A DNA stretch of 63,886 nt from Sandaracinaceae bacterium. Lineage in GTDB: Bacteria; Myxococcota_A; Polyangia; Polyangiales; Sandaracinaceae. The stretch is taken from positions 1-63,886 of the forward strand of contig JBGAQA010000035.1 in assembly GCA_044220955.1 (NCBI GenBank), read 5' to 3'. Position numbers and translations under genes: made by a program. The notes beneath the pieces were generated by a model, which ran no database searches, was not told where the DNA came from, and saw only the letters and a program-made list of their open reading frames with translations. Of the stretch, positions 28,211 to 38,631 are shown piece after piece. Position 1 is the stretch's first letter; each line of letters opens with the position of its first letter.

Positions 28211-29806
28211 GTGCGTTCTTCCACGTTGCTGCGCGGCGCGATGCTCGCGGCCCTCTTGATCTCGCTCTCTTCACCCGCCCGCGCACAGCTCGGGCTCACG
28301 CCGGAGGCGACGCTGAGCATCCCGATGACGGCCACGTCCATCGGGCTCGGCGGAGCCGTGGCGCTCTCCTCCGACGGTCTCCGCGCCGTCGCGGCGCGCA
28401 GCGAGGCGGGGACCACCGGCCACGTACGCGTCTTCGTGCGGACGGGCACGACCTGGGCCGAGGAAGGCACGCTCGAGCCGGCCGACGTGGCGCCCGGAGA
28501 CGTCTACGGGAATGCCGTCAGCATGGACGCGATGGGGCTCCGTGTGATCGTCGGATCGCAGGACGACTCGATCGCCGGCAACCCAGCCGGATACACGGGC
28601 AGCGCGCGCGTGTTCGTGCGTACCGGCTCGACGTGGGCGTTCGAGAGCCTGCTCGTGCCCGTCATCCCGGGCGAGACGTCCGCGAGCTTCGGATACGCGG
28701 TCGCGCTCAGCGGCGACGGAGCCCGCGCCGTGGTCGGCGCCTACCTCGAGGACACGCTGGCGGGGGTGAACGCGGGCAGTGTGCACGTGTTCGTCCGCAC
28801 GGGCACCACGTGGGCGGAAGAGGGGGTCCTTCACGCCCCCTCCGCCGCTCCGGCCGACGGGTTCGGGAGCTCCGTGTCCATCGACGCCTCGGGCACGCGC
28901 CTGCTCGTGGGCGGTGCGCAGACCTCGCGAGGCCTCGGCAGCGAGGGCGCGGCCTACGTCTTCACCCGCGGGGGCTCCGGGTGGGCGCTCGAAGCGACGC
29001 TCGCGCCGGCCATGCCCGGCCACGACGACTGGTTCGGCACCGCCGTGTCGCTGAGCAGCGATGCGACGCGCGCGCTGGTCACCGCCTACATCGACGATCT
29101 CCCCGGCGTGGGCGACGATGCGGGCAGCGGCCACGTCTTCGTCCGATCCGGCACGACGTGGACGCTCGAGGCCACGCTGGTCGGCGCGATGGCGGGCCCC
29201 TTCGATCACATCGGCCGCTCCGGCGCGATCTCCGGCGCCGGCGACATCATCGTGATGGGCGGGGAGCTCGACGGGGGCTCCTCCATGGGCCGCCTCCACG
29301 TCTTCCAGCGGACGGGCACGACCTGGGGCGCCCCGACCCTCGGCAGCACCGCGGGCATCATGTCGAGCTTCCTGCTCGGGATGACCGTCGCGATCAGCTC
29401 GGACGGCACGCGGGTGATCTCGGGCACGCAAGGCGACCTCTCCGGGTTCGGCACCGCGCGCGTGTTCACGGTCGGCCCGGCGACGGTGCCGGTCGACGCC
29501 GGCGTCGCGGACGCGGGGCCCACCGGCACGGACGCCGGCACCGCGGGGCTCGATGCTGGCGCGGGCCTCGATGCGGGCGGCGGGCTCGATGCGGGCGGCG
29601 ACGCGGGCGGCACGACCATGACCGACTCGGGCACCACGACGCGTGACTCGGCCACCAGCGGCGGCGACGGCGGGACCACCACGCCTCCCGGCGGCGGCGG
29701 CGGCGGATGCTCGGTCGCCGCGCGCCCGACCGCGACCACCGCGACCCCCGCCGTGCTGGCGATCGCAGCGCTCGCGCTCGCGCTCCGTCGCCGCGCACGA
29801 CGCTGA
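28211..29806 (+). CDS. FG-GAP repeat (beta-propeller) surface protein with MYXO-CTERM sorting signal
   Basis: About 7 repeats of FG.AV.LS.DG.R..VG...G...VFVR.GTTW; C-terminal GGGGGGCSV-hydrophobic-RRRARR. Confidence 0.9.
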   Translation: MRSSTLLRGAMLAALLISLSSPARAQLGLTPEATLSIPMTATSIGLGGAVALSSDGLRAVAARSEAGTTGHVRVFVRTGTTWAEEGTLEPADVAPGDVYGNAVSMDAMGLRVIVGSQDDSIAGNPAGYTGSARVFVRTGSTWAFESLLVPVIPGETSASFGYAVALSGDGARAVVGAYLEDTLAGVNAGSVHVFVRTGTTWAEEGVLHAPSAAPADGFGSSVSIDASGTRLLVGGAQTSRGLGSEGAAYVFTRGGSGWALEATLAPAMPGHDDWFGTAVSLSSDATRALVTAYIDDLPGVGDDAGSGHVFVRSGTTWTLEATLVGAMAGPFDHIGRSGAISGAGDIIVMGGELDGGSSMGRLHVFQRTGTTWGAPTLGSTAGIMSSFLLGMTVAISSDGTRVISGTQGDLSGFGTARVFTVGPATVPVDAGVADAGPTGTDAGTAGLDAGAGLDAGGGLDAGGDAGGTTMTDSGTTTRDSATSGGDGGTTTPPGGGGGGCSVAARPTATTATPAVLAIAALALALRRRARR

Positions 29807-30019
29807 CCCGCGCCCCGTGGGGCAGGCGCTGGTTCGACGGGACCGCACGCGTCACGCCTGAGGCGGGCCGCTTCGGCCGTCGACCCGCGAGCAGCGGATC
29901 AATCGCGTTGCAAGATGCGACCCGAGGCGGAGCTGTCGCGAAGAGAAAGCTGTTTGGACCGGCCGCGCTCTCGAAACGAGGATAACCTCGCGTCGCGCGG
30001 GGGCGCGCAGGAGCTGCGG

Positions 30020-32671
30020 ATGCTGGACGAATCCAGGTCACGGTCGTTGCTGGTGGTCGCGTGTGCGGTGACGCTCGCCGTCGCCTGCTCTGGTCCCGAC
30101 GCGGGGACCGATGCAGCGGGTTCGGTGGACGCGTTCGTCGCCCCGACCGACGCGCCCTCGACCGACGCGCCCTCGACCGACGCGCCCTCGACCGACGTCG
30201 GCTCGAGCGACGTCGGCTCGAGCGACGCGGGAGCGTCGACGAGCACAGCGATCGTCGCGGTCGCCGGCGGCGTGGCGCGGAGCGCGGACGGGCACTTCGC
30301 CATCTACGTGACGCCGGGCGCGCTCGCAGCGGACACGACGATCACGATCGTGCGCGTCGCCCCTGGCGACGTGCCGGCCGACGTCGCAGCGCGCCAGCCG
30401 GTGAGCGAAGTGTACGCAGTGGAGCCGGACGGGCTCACGTTCGGCGGCGACGGCGCCTGGGCGTACTATGGCTTCGACACGATCCCTGCGGCGCTGGTGT
30501 CGGCGGGTACACCCCCGAGCTACGCAGGCATGCGCGCGGTGACCCGTCCGCGCGCCGGCGGCGCGAGCGAAGTGAGCGAGTCGAACCAGGTCAGCTTCGA
30601 GCTCGCGGCGAACCGCGTCGACATGATCGCGCGGCTCCCGCACCTCAGCTACCAGTACACGGAGCGGGCCGAGCTCGAGGCCCGCGCCGACATGGGCGCC
30701 ACCGAGCAAGAGGTCGGAGCGCCCTGGCGACCGACGCTGTTCTCCTTCGGCGCGGACGTCACGGGGAGAGCGCCGCGCGACGCGTACGACCTCTCGTTCC
30801 TCGTCGTCTGCGGGTTCGGTGACAGCGTGGTCGCGAGCTCGGTGCCCGACGCGGTCGACGTGCCGCAGGACCTTCAGGCCGAGGTGTGGACCCACTTCGG
30901 CTCGAGCCGTCGGCTCGTCCAGCCCGGGATCCTCGAGTGCGAGCCCGTTCCTCTCGGCTCGGGCCCGAGCCCGCGGACGTATCGCCCGGCACCGCCCCAG
31001 TACGTCTGCCTCTCGGCAGGGGCCGGTCACGATCCCGTGCTCGCGGTCAGCGCCGCGTACGACCAGCCCTCGGGTCTCGACGCGGGCCCGGCTGGGGGCG
31101 GCCACTACGAGATCATGGTGCAGCTGAGCCAGCAGGTCGACTGCGTCGCGCCGGCGTTTCCTCCCGTGCGCGCGCGCGTCGAAGCGCACGCGTCGTGCGT
31201 CCGCGAGGGCGCGACGTACACCTGTCCGGCGCCCACGGCGACGAGCGAGGTCGAGGTGCCGCCCGCATCGAGCACCGTCAACCTGGCTCCGCCGGGAGCC
31301 AACTACTACCGACTCGTGCCCGCGGGCGCCGTGCCCGGTGCAGGCCCCACGAGCGTCACCGCGACCGACGGCGCCGGCTCGGCGATGCACGCGACGCGCG
31401 ACGCCGCCGGCACGTACACCGAGACGTTCGACGATGCGTTCGCGTTCGACTTCTCGACGCCGATCTCGTTCACCGCCGACGGGAGCACGCCGGTCGTCGT
31501 CGACCCACCCCCCGCCGGCGCGTTCCACTTCGGTCCCGTCACGGGCCTCGACACCGACGTGCAGGTCGAGGATCCGCGGATCTCGTTCGTCGACGTGGAG
31601 ATCACGCGTGCGACGATCGTGTGCCACGGCAGATCGTTCGACGAGGGCACGCTCTTCACGAGCCTCCCCGTGTCGGACCTCGGTGGCGGCGTGCGCGGCC
31701 TCGACGCCCCCGTGCAGACGCTCGTGAACGCCGTGGCGGCCGACTGTGGCGTCACGCCCGCCTCGCTCACGAGCGGTCCTTTCTACATCACGATCCGCGT
31801 CGGCGAGGATCGCAGTGTCGAGCTGGGGACGACGACGATGCAGGTGAGCACCGGTCGCTCGACCACGATCGACGGAGCGTCGCTCCTGGCGACGTGCCCC
31901 GGGACGCAGACGTACTGCACGGACCACTGCGTGAGCACCGCGACCGATCCGCTGAACTGCGGTGGCTGCGGCCTCACACCCCTCGAGGTGTGCAACGGCG
32001 TCGACGACGACTGCGACGGCGCGGCCGACGAAGGCTGCCCGAACGGCCTGTTCATGTTCGCGGGGAACAACCAGGTGAGCCCCCACTTCGGGGACACGAC
32101 GCGGCCGGCCGGGACGTTCAACACCCCGACGTGCGGGACCAACCTCCTCATCGGGCTCTGCGGCTCGACGAACGCGGACGGCTCGGTGCGGCAAGTGCGC
32201 GCCGTGTGCGGCTCGGCGACGCTGCGCCGTGTGACGACGACCACGCCGTGGTCGTTCGTGGTCGACGTGGCGGAGCTCGCGCCGGGCACCTGCGAGACCG
32301 GCACGAGCGGCGGCGGCTGGACGGGCGGGACGACGCAATGGGCGGCGCGGTGTCCGAGCGGCATGGTCGCGGACGGGATCGAGGGTCAGGAGACGGGCAA
32401 CCTCGAGCAGCTCGTGCTGCGCTGCACGGAGTGGGCGGTGCGGCAGGACGGAACGACCGGCGTCTGGCACCTCGCGCACGGGATGCGGGCGACGTCGCCG
32501 GTCGGCGCCTCGGGCGGCGGCACGACGTTCGGTCCATGGCAGCTCGCGGACGACGCGTCCGGGCAGCCCGGCGCGATCCGTCAGATGAGCATGCGGTACT
32601 TCGATCCGGTCGCCGGGCAGTCCGACGTGATCGATCTCTGGGTCGCCGGGCGAACCGCCGAGCTGCGGTGA
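30020..32671 (+). CDS. Large modular lipoprotein (ZU5-like, Cys-rich and MopE-related motifs, C-terminal lectin-like domain)
   Basis: Lipobox AVAC; PGAL...ITI...YAVEPDGLTF...HLS; DPLNCGGCG; EVCNGVDDDCDGAADEGC. Confidence 0.75.
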   Translation: MLDESRSRSLLVVACAVTLAVACSGPDAGTDAAGSVDAFVAPTDAPSTDAPSTDAPSTDVGSSDVGSSDAGASTSTAIVAVAGGVARSADGHFAIYVTPGALAADTTITIVRVAPGDVPADVAARQPVSEVYAVEPDGLTFGGDGAWAYYGFDTIPAALVSAGTPPSYAGMRAVTRPRAGGASEVSESNQVSFELAANRVDMIARLPHLSYQYTERAELEARADMGATEQEVGAPWRPTLFSFGADVTGRAPRDAYDLSFLVVCGFGDSVVASSVPDAVDVPQDLQAEVWTHFGSSRRLVQPGILECEPVPLGSGPSPRTYRPAPPQYVCLSAGAGHDPVLAVSAAYDQPSGLDAGPAGGGHYEIMVQLSQQVDCVAPAFPPVRARVEAHASCVREGATYTCPAPTATSEVEVPPASSTVNLAPPGANYYRLVPAGAVPGAGPTSVTATDGAGSAMHATRDAAGTYTETFDDAFAFDFSTPISFTADGSTPVVVDPPPAGAFHFGPVTGLDTDVQVEDPRISFVDVEITRATIVCHGRSFDEGTLFTSLPVSDLGGGVRGLDAPVQTLVNAVAADCGVTPASLTSGPFYITIRVGEDRSVELGTTTMQVSTGRSTTIDGASLLATCPGTQTYCTDHCVSTATDPLNCGGCGLTPLEVCNGVDDDCDGAADEGCPNGLFMFAGNNQVSPHFGDTTRPAGTFNTPTCGTNLLIGLCGSTNADGSVRQVRAVCGSATLRRVTTTTPWSFVVDVAELAPGTCETGTSGGGWTGGTTQWAARCPSGMVADGIEGQETGNLEQLVLRCTEWAVRQDGTTGVWHLAHGMRATSPVGASGGGTTFGPWQLADDASGQPGAIRQMSMRYFDPVAGQSDVIDLWVAGRTAELR

Positions 32672-32704
32672 CGTGACCGCGGCCGTGAGCCCCGCGCTCG
32701 AGGA

Positions 32705-33148
32705 TCAGTCCTCGATCGCCTCGATTCCCTGCGCGCGCAGCCGCGCGAGCCCGTCCTTCATCGCTCGGAGCTGCTCGGGCGCGTGGCCCTTCCAGCCGAT
32801 GATCTCGACGACGACCCGCAGCGGAGCCCGCGATCGAAAGGACCTCGTCGGGTTGCCGGGGAACTTCTTGTCGGTGAGGTTCGGGTCGTCCTCGATCGGC
32901 CCCGTGGGCTCGACGACGTAGATGCGGCCCGGCCCCTCACCGATCGCCAGCTCGGCGCCCCAGGTGGCGGCGTCCAGGGTGCCGGTCAGGTACACGAAGG
33001 CCGCGCTCTTCCTCTCGCCGTAGTTCGACGATCGACCGGGCTCGATCAGGTCGCCAGGCCTCAGGTCGGCCTTCGTGCCGTGGAGCCAGCCCGGCGTCCC
33101 GGAGCCATCCGTCCAGACCTCGAAGGGCTCGGGGGTCGGCGTCGTCAC
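32705..33148 (-). CDS. arr: NAD+--rifampin ADP-ribosyltransferase
   Basis: HGTKADL..GDL, SNY, VY.T.TLDAA.WGAELA, IYVVEPTG.IEDDPNLTDKKFPGNPTRS. Confidence 0.93.
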   Translation of the reverse strand: MTTPTPEPFEVWTDGSGTPGWLHGTKADLRPGDLIEPGRSSNYGERKSAAFVYLTGTLDAATWGAELAIGEGPGRIYVVEPTGPIEDDPNLTDKKFPGNPTRSFRSRAPLRVVVEIIGWKGHAPEQLRAMKDGLARLRAQGIEAIED

Positions 33149-33239
33149 GGGCCGCGACTGTACGGCGAACCTCACGGCCCCGCACCAGGCTCGGCCGGAT
33201 TCGCGACAGCGCACGCGTTCCGGCCTACGATCGCGGGCG

Positions 33240-33836
33240 ATGGGCCGTAGCGCGACGATCGAGCGGAAGACGAGCGAGACCCGGATCCGCGTGCGCGTGG
33301 ATCTCGACGGGACGGGCCAGCACCGCGTCGCGACGCCGATCGGGTTCCTGACGCACATGGTCGAGCAGATCGCGCGCCACGGCCTCTTCGATCTCGAGGT
33401 CGAGGCGACGGGCGACACCCATGTCGACGGGCACCACACCACGGAGGACCTGGCGATCACGCTCGGCACCGCCGTCCGCGAGGCGCTCGGCGACAAGGCG
33501 GGCATCCGGCGCTACGGCTCCGCCACGCTGCCGATGGACGAGGCGTGCGTCTCGTGCGCGCTCGACCTCGGCGGACGGCCCTTCTTCGTGTACCGGGTGC
33601 CGATGCCGAAGGCGAAGCTCGGCGACTTCGACACGGAGCTGGCGGAGGTCTTCTTCGAGGGCTTCGCGCGCGCCGCCCAGTGCAACCTGCACCTGCGCCT
33701 GCACGAGGGCGAGAACCTGCACCACGTGATCGAGATCTCGTTCAAGGCGTTCGCCAAGGCGCTGCGGGCAGCGACCGAGCTCGACCCGCGGGCGGCCGGC
33801 GCGATTCCGTCGACCAAGGGCACGCTCACCGAGTAA
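33240..33836 (+). CDS. hisB: Imidazoleglycerol-phosphate dehydratase
   Basis: RKTSET, FLTHM, DGHHTTED, PMDE, NLHHVIE, PSTKG. Confidence 0.96.
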   Translation: MGRSATIERKTSETRIRVRVDLDGTGQHRVATPIGFLTHMVEQIARHGLFDLEVEATGDTHVDGHHTTEDLAITLGTAVREALGDKAGIRRYGSATLPMDEACVSCALDLGGRPFFVYRVPMPKAKLGDFDTELAEVFFEGFARAAQCNLHLRLHEGENLHHVIEISFKAFAKALRAATELDPRAAGAIPSTKGTLTE

Positions 33837-33849
33837 GACTGCCGGCGTC

Positions 33850-34464
33850 GTGAGCGAGAAGGTCGTCGTCGTCGACACCGGGATGGGCAACGTGCGGAGC
33901 GTGATGCACGCCCTCGAGCGCGCGGGCGCGAGCGCGACGCACACGCGGGAGGCCGCCGCGATCACCTCGGCCGATCGGCTGGTGGTCCCTGGCCAGGGTC
34001 ACTTCGGCGACTGCGCGCGGGCGTTCGAGGGCGCGCTGGGCGACTCCGTCCGCGGGTTCCTCGCGACCGGGCGCCCGTACCTCGGCATCTGCCTCGGCAT
34101 GCAGATCCTCTTCGACGAGAGCGCCGAGGCGCCCGGACGCCGCGGGCTCGGGATCATCCCCGGGCGCGTGCGCCGCTTTCCCCCCGGGATGCGCGCGGCC
34201 GACGGAACCGCGCTGAAGGTCCCGCACATGGGCTGGTCGAGCGTCTCGAGCGCGCACGCGTTCGTGGACGAGGGCGCGTGGCTCTACTTCGTGCACTCGT
34301 ACTACTGCGAGCCCGCGGATCCGGCGGACGTCGTCGTGCACGCCGAGCACGGCGTCTCGTTCGCCGCGGCGGTGGCGCGCGGCAACACGTTCGGCTGCCA
34401 GTTCCATCCCGAGAAGTCGCAGCACGAGGGCGCGAAGCTCCTCGCGCGCTTCCTCGCGAGCTGA
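33850..34464 (+). CDS. hisH: Imidazole glycerol phosphate synthase, glutaminase subunit
   Basis: GNVRSV, PGQG, GICLGMQ, PHMGW, YFVHSY, QFHPEKS. Confidence 0.96.
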   Translation: MSEKVVVVDTGMGNVRSVMHALERAGASATHTREAAAITSADRLVVPGQGHFGDCARAFEGALGDSVRGFLATGRPYLGICLGMQILFDESAEAPGRRGLGIIPGRVRRFPPGMRAADGTALKVPHMGWSSVSSAHAFVDEGAWLYFVHSYYCEPADPADVVVHAEHGVSFAAAVARGNTFGCQFHPEKSQHEGAKLLARFLAS

Positions 34465-34467
34465 CGC

Positions 34468-34539
34468 CCCTCGCCCTCGCCCTCGCCCTCGCCCTCGCCC
34501 TCGCCCTCGCCCTCGCCCTCGCCCTCGCTCTCGCTCTCG
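34468..34539. repeat. Intergenic hexanucleotide tandem repeat (CCCTCG)10(CTCTCG)2
   Basis: Read directly between the hisH stop and hisA. Confidence 0.95.
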
Positions 34540-34575
34540 GCCCCCGTCCCGACCCGTGCTAGGACGCCCGCGCCG

Positions 34576-35289
34576 ATGGACCTCATCCCCGCGATCGATC
34601 TGCTCGACCAGCGCGTGGTGCGGCTGACGCAGGGCCGATACGACCAGGTGAGCGTCTACGCCGAGGACGCCGTGGGCGAGGCGGCTCGCTTCGCGGCCGC
34701 GGGCGCGATCCGGATCCACGTCGTCGACCTCGAGGGCGCGCGCTCCGGCACCGCCGCGCACGCAGCGCTCGTCCGGCGGATCGTCCGTGAGACACCGGCG
34801 AAGGTCCAGATCGGCGGCGGCGTGCGCGACCGCGCGACGGCGGACGCCTGGCTCGAGGCGGGCGCCGACCGCGTGGTGATCGGCACCGCGGCGATCACCC
34901 ACCCCGACTGGGTCCGTGACCTCGCGCGCGATGCCGGTGCGCGCGTGGTGATCGCGCTCGACGCGCGCAACGGCGAGGTGAAGACCGCCGGCTGGATCGA
35001 CGGCACGGGGCAGCGCGCGCAGGACGTCGCCCGCCGGGTGGACGCGTGGGGCGTCGCGGCGATCCTCTTCACCGACATCGATCGCGATGGCACCGGCCAC
35101 GGCCCGGCGGTCGACGCGACGGCGCGGATGCAGTCCGAGGTCCGCGCGACGGTGATCGCGTCTGGCGGCATCGGCTCGCTCGATCACCTCCGCGCGCTGC
35201 GCGATGCGGGCGTGCGCGCGGCGGTGTGCGGCCGCGCGATCTACGCGGGCGCCTTCACGGTGGAGCAAGCCCTCGAGGCGTCCCTCTGA
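34576..35289 (+). CDS. hisA: ProFAR isomerase
   Basis: [39 protein letters not shown]. Confidence 0.95.
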   Translation: MDLIPAIDLLDQRVVRLTQGRYDQVSVYAEDAVGEAARFAAAGAIRIHVVDLEGARSGTAAHAALVRRIVRETPAKVQIGGGVRDRATADAWLEAGADRVVIGTAAITHPDWVRDLARDAGARVVIALDARNGEVKTAGWIDGTGQRAQDVARRVDAWGVAAILFTDIDRDGTGHGPAVDATARMQSEVRATVIASGGIGSLDHLRALRDAGVRAAVCGRAIYAGAFTVEQALEASL

Positions 35290-36068
35290 TGGTCGCGCGC
35301 CGGATCATCCCCTGCCTCGACGTGAAGGACGGGCGGGTCGTGAAGGGCGTCCAGTTCGTCGGGCTGCGCGACGCGGGGGACCCGGTCGAGTGCGCCAGCC
35401 GCTACGACCGCGAGGGCGCCGACGAGGTGACCTTCCTCGACATCACCGCCTCGTCCGACGCGCGCAAGACGCTGCTCGACGTGATCGCGCGCACGGCGGA
35501 CGTGCTCCGCGTCCCGCTGACGGTCGGCGGCGGCGTCCGCTCGGTCGACGACGCGCGCGATCTGCTCGCGGCCGGCGCCGACAAGATCGCCGTGAACACC
35601 GCCGCGGTACGCGATCCGCTCCTCGTGACGCGCATCGCCGACGCGTACGGCGCGCAGGCGATCGTCGTCGCCGTCGACGCCCGCGCCCGCGCCGATCAGA
35701 CGGGCTGGGAGGTCTTCACGCACGGCGGGCGCACGCCCGCGGGCCTCGACGCCGTCGACTGGTGCGCCCGCGTCGCGGCGCTGGGCGCAGGGGAGATCCT
35801 GCTCACCAGCATGGACCGAGACGGCACGAAGATCGGCTACGACCTGCCGCTCACGCGCGCCGTCGCGGACGCCGTCCCAGTTCCGGTCATCGCGTCGGGC
35901 GGCGTCGGCACGCTCGACCATTTCGCCGAGGGCCTGCGCGAGGGGCGAGCCGACGCGGTGCTCGCAGCGAGCGTCTTCCACGACGGAGTTTTCACCATCG
36001 GCCAGGTGAAGGAGTACCTTCGCGCCCACGGCGTCGTGGTACGCCCTCCGCAGGGCGCCTCCGCATGA
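35289..36068 (+). CDS. hisF: Imidazole glycerol phosphate synthase, cyclase subunit
   Basis: [39 protein letters not shown]. Confidence 0.97.
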   Translation: MVARRIIPCLDVKDGRVVKGVQFVGLRDAGDPVECASRYDREGADEVTFLDITASSDARKTLLDVIARTADVLRVPLTVGGGVRSVDDARDLLAAGADKIAVNTAAVRDPLLVTRIADAYGAQAIVVAVDARARADQTGWEVFTHGGRTPAGLDAVDWCARVAALGAGEILLTSMDRDGTKIGYDLPLTRAVADAVPVPVIASGGVGTLDHFAEGLREGRADAVLAASVFHDGVFTIGQVKEYLRAHGVVVRPPQGASA

Positions 36069-37669
36069 GTGATCTCCTCGGCATCACGCTCGAACAGATG
36101 GTGGCCGGCCTCAAGGCGCGGCGGACACGCATCCCCGCCGAGATCGGCGCCTACGTCGCGCTCGAGGTCGCCGAGCACCTGATGCGCGGCCCGGCGCGCG
36201 CGACGCCGGCCGACATCCGCATCGGCGACGACGGGACCGTCTCGGTGTTCGTGGCGGCGAACAGCGCCGACGAGGACGCGGCCGCTCAGTCGGTGGTCGA
36301 GGTGCTCGCGACGACGCTCGTCGCTGCGGGCACCGGCGTGCCCGGCATCCTGATCCGCCTGGTCGAGGAGAAGCCGCCGGCCGGCCCGGGTTGCCTCGCG
36401 CTGCTGACGAGCGAGCTCGAGTCTTCGCTCGTCCCGCTGAACCGGGCCGCCGCCCGCCGCGTCCTGTCGCGGATGACGCGGGACGCGAAGCGCCCGCGCA
36501 CCGAGCGACCACCCGAGGGCCCGAGCACGCTCGACGACGCGCTCGACGACCTGCTCAGCCCGCCGAGCACGCAGGGCCTGGCGCTCGACCCGCCGATGAC
36601 GTCTCCCTTCGCGGCGCCCTCGAAGGACGCGCTGCGCGCAGCGCTCCAGGCCCCCGCGGCTCCGCAGATCGAGGCGCCCGCCCCGCGCGAGGAGCCGACC
36701 TCGGACGACGTCCAGACGATCGCGGACGAGAGCCAGTCGCATCGCCTCGAAGACCCCGTCGACGCGACACAGTCCGAGGGCGACGAGGCCCCGACCGGCA
36801 AGCTCGCCAGGCAGGCGCCCGTGGCGGCGCCCGCGCCGGAGTCGAAGGCCACCCCGGCTCCCGCGCGCAAGCGCGAGGCGGACCTCGACAGCTTCGAGCG
36901 CGCCGCGGCCGATCCCGATCGCCCCGGCGGCGGCTCCGGCACGCTCGGGTTCGTCCTGGCCTTCTTCATCGTGATCCTGGCGTTCGGGGCCGTCATCGCA
37001 TGGCTGCGCCCCGACCTCGTGAACGAGGCCCTCGGCCGCCCGCCACCCCCGCCGAGCGGCCCGACCCAGGCCGAGCGCGACGCCGAGCAGGCGCGCATCC
37101 TCGCCGAGCACCGCGCGCGCTACGGGCAGCTCAGCGTGACGAGCGAGCCCGCGGGAGCGCAGGTGCTGCTCTACGTCGGCCGCGGCCCCGCCGTCGCGAC
37201 GGACCTGCCCACCGGTGCCGCGTACGAGCTCGTCGCGTTCGCCGACGGTCACGGCGCCTCGCGCGCGATCGTGCCCGCCGACGCCACCTGGGAAGAGACG
37301 GCCGAGGGGCCGCGCTACGAGCTCGCGCTGCAGACGAGCGACGTCGAGATCGACCTCGCGCACCTCGATCTCGGCGCGAGCCGCCTCCCTCGCGATGCGC
37401 TGGGAACGCCGAGCGGCACGCTCGGGTCGGTGCGGGTGGTCACCAGCCCGCCGGGCGCGCGCGTCTACATGCTCATCGGCTTCACGCCCGACGTGCACGT
37501 CGAGAACATCCGCGCCGACGAGCCCGTCGAGCTGCTCGTCTACCTCGAGGGCTACGAGCTCGAGCGGACGCTCGTCGGTCCGAGTGACTGGCAGGAGACG
37601 GCGGACGGCACGAAGGCGGCGAGCGTCGGCGTGACCTTGCACGAGCTCGCGCCCGTTCGCCGCCGCTGA
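36065..37669 (+). CDS. Single-pass membrane protein with degenerate kinase-like N-terminus and PEGA-like C-terminal domains
   Basis: ATGA overlap with his[34 protein letters not shown] and [12 protein letters not shown]. Confidence 0.7.
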   Translation: MSDLLGITLEQMVAGLKARRTRIPAEIGAYVALEVAEHLMRGPARATPADIRIGDDGTVSVFVAANSADEDAAAQSVVEVLATTLVAAGTGVPGILIRLVEEKPPAGPGCLALLTSELESSLVPLNRAAARRVLSRMTRDAKRPRTERPPEGPSTLDDALDDLLSPPSTQGLALDPPMTSPFAAPSKDALRAALQAPAAPQIEAPAPREEPTSDDVQTIADESQSHRLEDPVDATQSEGDEAPTGKLARQAPVAAPAPESKATPAPARKREADLDSFERAAADPDRPGGGSGTLGFVLAFFIVILAFGAVIAWLRPDLVNEALGRPPPPPSGPTQAERDAEQARILAEHRARYGQLSVTSEPAGAQVLLYVGRGPAVATDLPTGAAYELVAFADGHGASRAIVPADATWEETAEGPRYELALQTSDVEIDLAHLDLGASRLPRDALGTPSGTLGSVRVVTSPPGARVYMLIGFTPDVHVENIRADEPVELLVYLEGYELERTLVGPSDWQETADGTKAASVGVTLHELAPVRRR

Positions 37670-37701
37670 CGCTGGGGGGCGGGCGTGCTAGGCACCCGCG
37701 C

Positions 37702-38187
37702 ATGCCGGTCACGAAGATCGAAGGGACGCTCGAGGCCCCGAGCAAGGCGCGGTTCGCGATCGTGGTCTCGCGCTTCAACGCGTTCATCACCGACCGCCTG
37801 CTCGAGGGCGCGCTCGACGGGCTCAAGCGCCACGGCGTCCCCGAGGCGAGCGTCGTCGTCACGCACGTCCCCGGCGCCTTCGAGCTCCCGCTCGTCGTGA
37901 AGTGGCTCGCCGAGTGCGAGAAGTTCGACGCGGTCGTCGCGCTCGGCGCGGTCATCCGCGGCTCGACGCCGCACTTCGACTACGTCGCGGGCGAGGCGGC
38001 CAAGGGCGTCGGCCAGGCGATGTTGTCGAGCGGCGTACCCGTCGTGTTCGGCGTGCTCACCACGGACACGATCGAGCAGGCGATCGAGCGCGCGGGGACC
38101 AAGGCGGGCAACAAGGGGTTCGACGCGGCCGTGACGGCGATCGAGATGGTGAACCTCGGGCGCGCGCTCACGTCTGCCGGGTACTGA
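37702..38187 (+). CDS. ribH: 6,7-dimethyl-8-ribityllumazine synthase
   Basis: [35 protein letters not shown]. Confidence 0.97.
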   Translation: MPVTKIEGTLEAPSKARFAIVVSRFNAFITDRLLEGALDGLKRHGVPEASVVVTHVPGAFELPLVVKWLAECEKFDAVVALGAVIRGSTPHFDYVAGEAAKGVGQAMLSSGVPVVFGVLTTDTIEQAIERAGTKAGNKGFDAAVTAIEMVNLGRALTSAGY

Positions 38188-38195
38188 GGCCGGGC

Positions 38196-38624
38196 GTGGC
38201 CGGCACCAGGCGAAGAGGCCGCGAGGCCGCGCTCCAGATCCTCTACCAGATGGACACCACGGGCGTGCCCGCGGAGCAGGCGGCGGGCCTCTTCTGGGAG
38301 CACCTCGCGCCCGGAGACGGCGGGCTCGACGAAGACGGCCGCGCGTTCGCGAACGAGCTCGCGCTGGGGATCGGCCGCGAGGGCGAGAAGATCGATGCGG
38401 CCATCCGCGACGCGAGCGAGCACTGGCGCCTCGAGCGCATGCCGCGCGTGGACCGCAACGTCCTGCGCGTCGCGACCTACGAGATCCTCTTCGTCCCGTC
38501 GATCCCACGTCGGGTGACGATCAACGAGGCGATCGAGCTCGCCAAGCGCTACGGCGACGCCGGTAGCCCCGCCTTCGTGAACGGGGTGCTCGACCGCATC
38601 GCGACGGTCGCCGGAAAGGACTGA
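38196..38624 (+). CDS. nusB: Transcription antitermination factor NusB
   Basis: RRRGREAALQILY, WRLERM, DRNVLR, INEAIELAK, FVNGVLD. Confidence 0.95.
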   Translation: MAGTRRRGREAALQILYQMDTTGVPAEQAAGLFWEHLAPGDGGLDEDGRAFANELALGIGREGEKIDAAIRDASEHWRLERMPRVDRNVLRVATYEILFVPSIPRRVTINEAIELAKRYGDAGSPAFVNGVLDRIATVAGKD

Positions 38625-38631
38625 GGCGCGC

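Noticed and set aside
29807..30019. Longer intergenic gaps (also 41975-42162 and 61222-61360) as ncRNA or tRNA
   Set aside because: Only short GC hairpins; no cloverleaf or recognisable riboswitch consensus. An Rfam scan would be needed to exclude them fully.
34278..34586. Poly-(LA) and poly-(EG) small ORFs
   Set aside because: Translations of the intergenic CCCTCG microsatellite; they overlap hisH and hisA.
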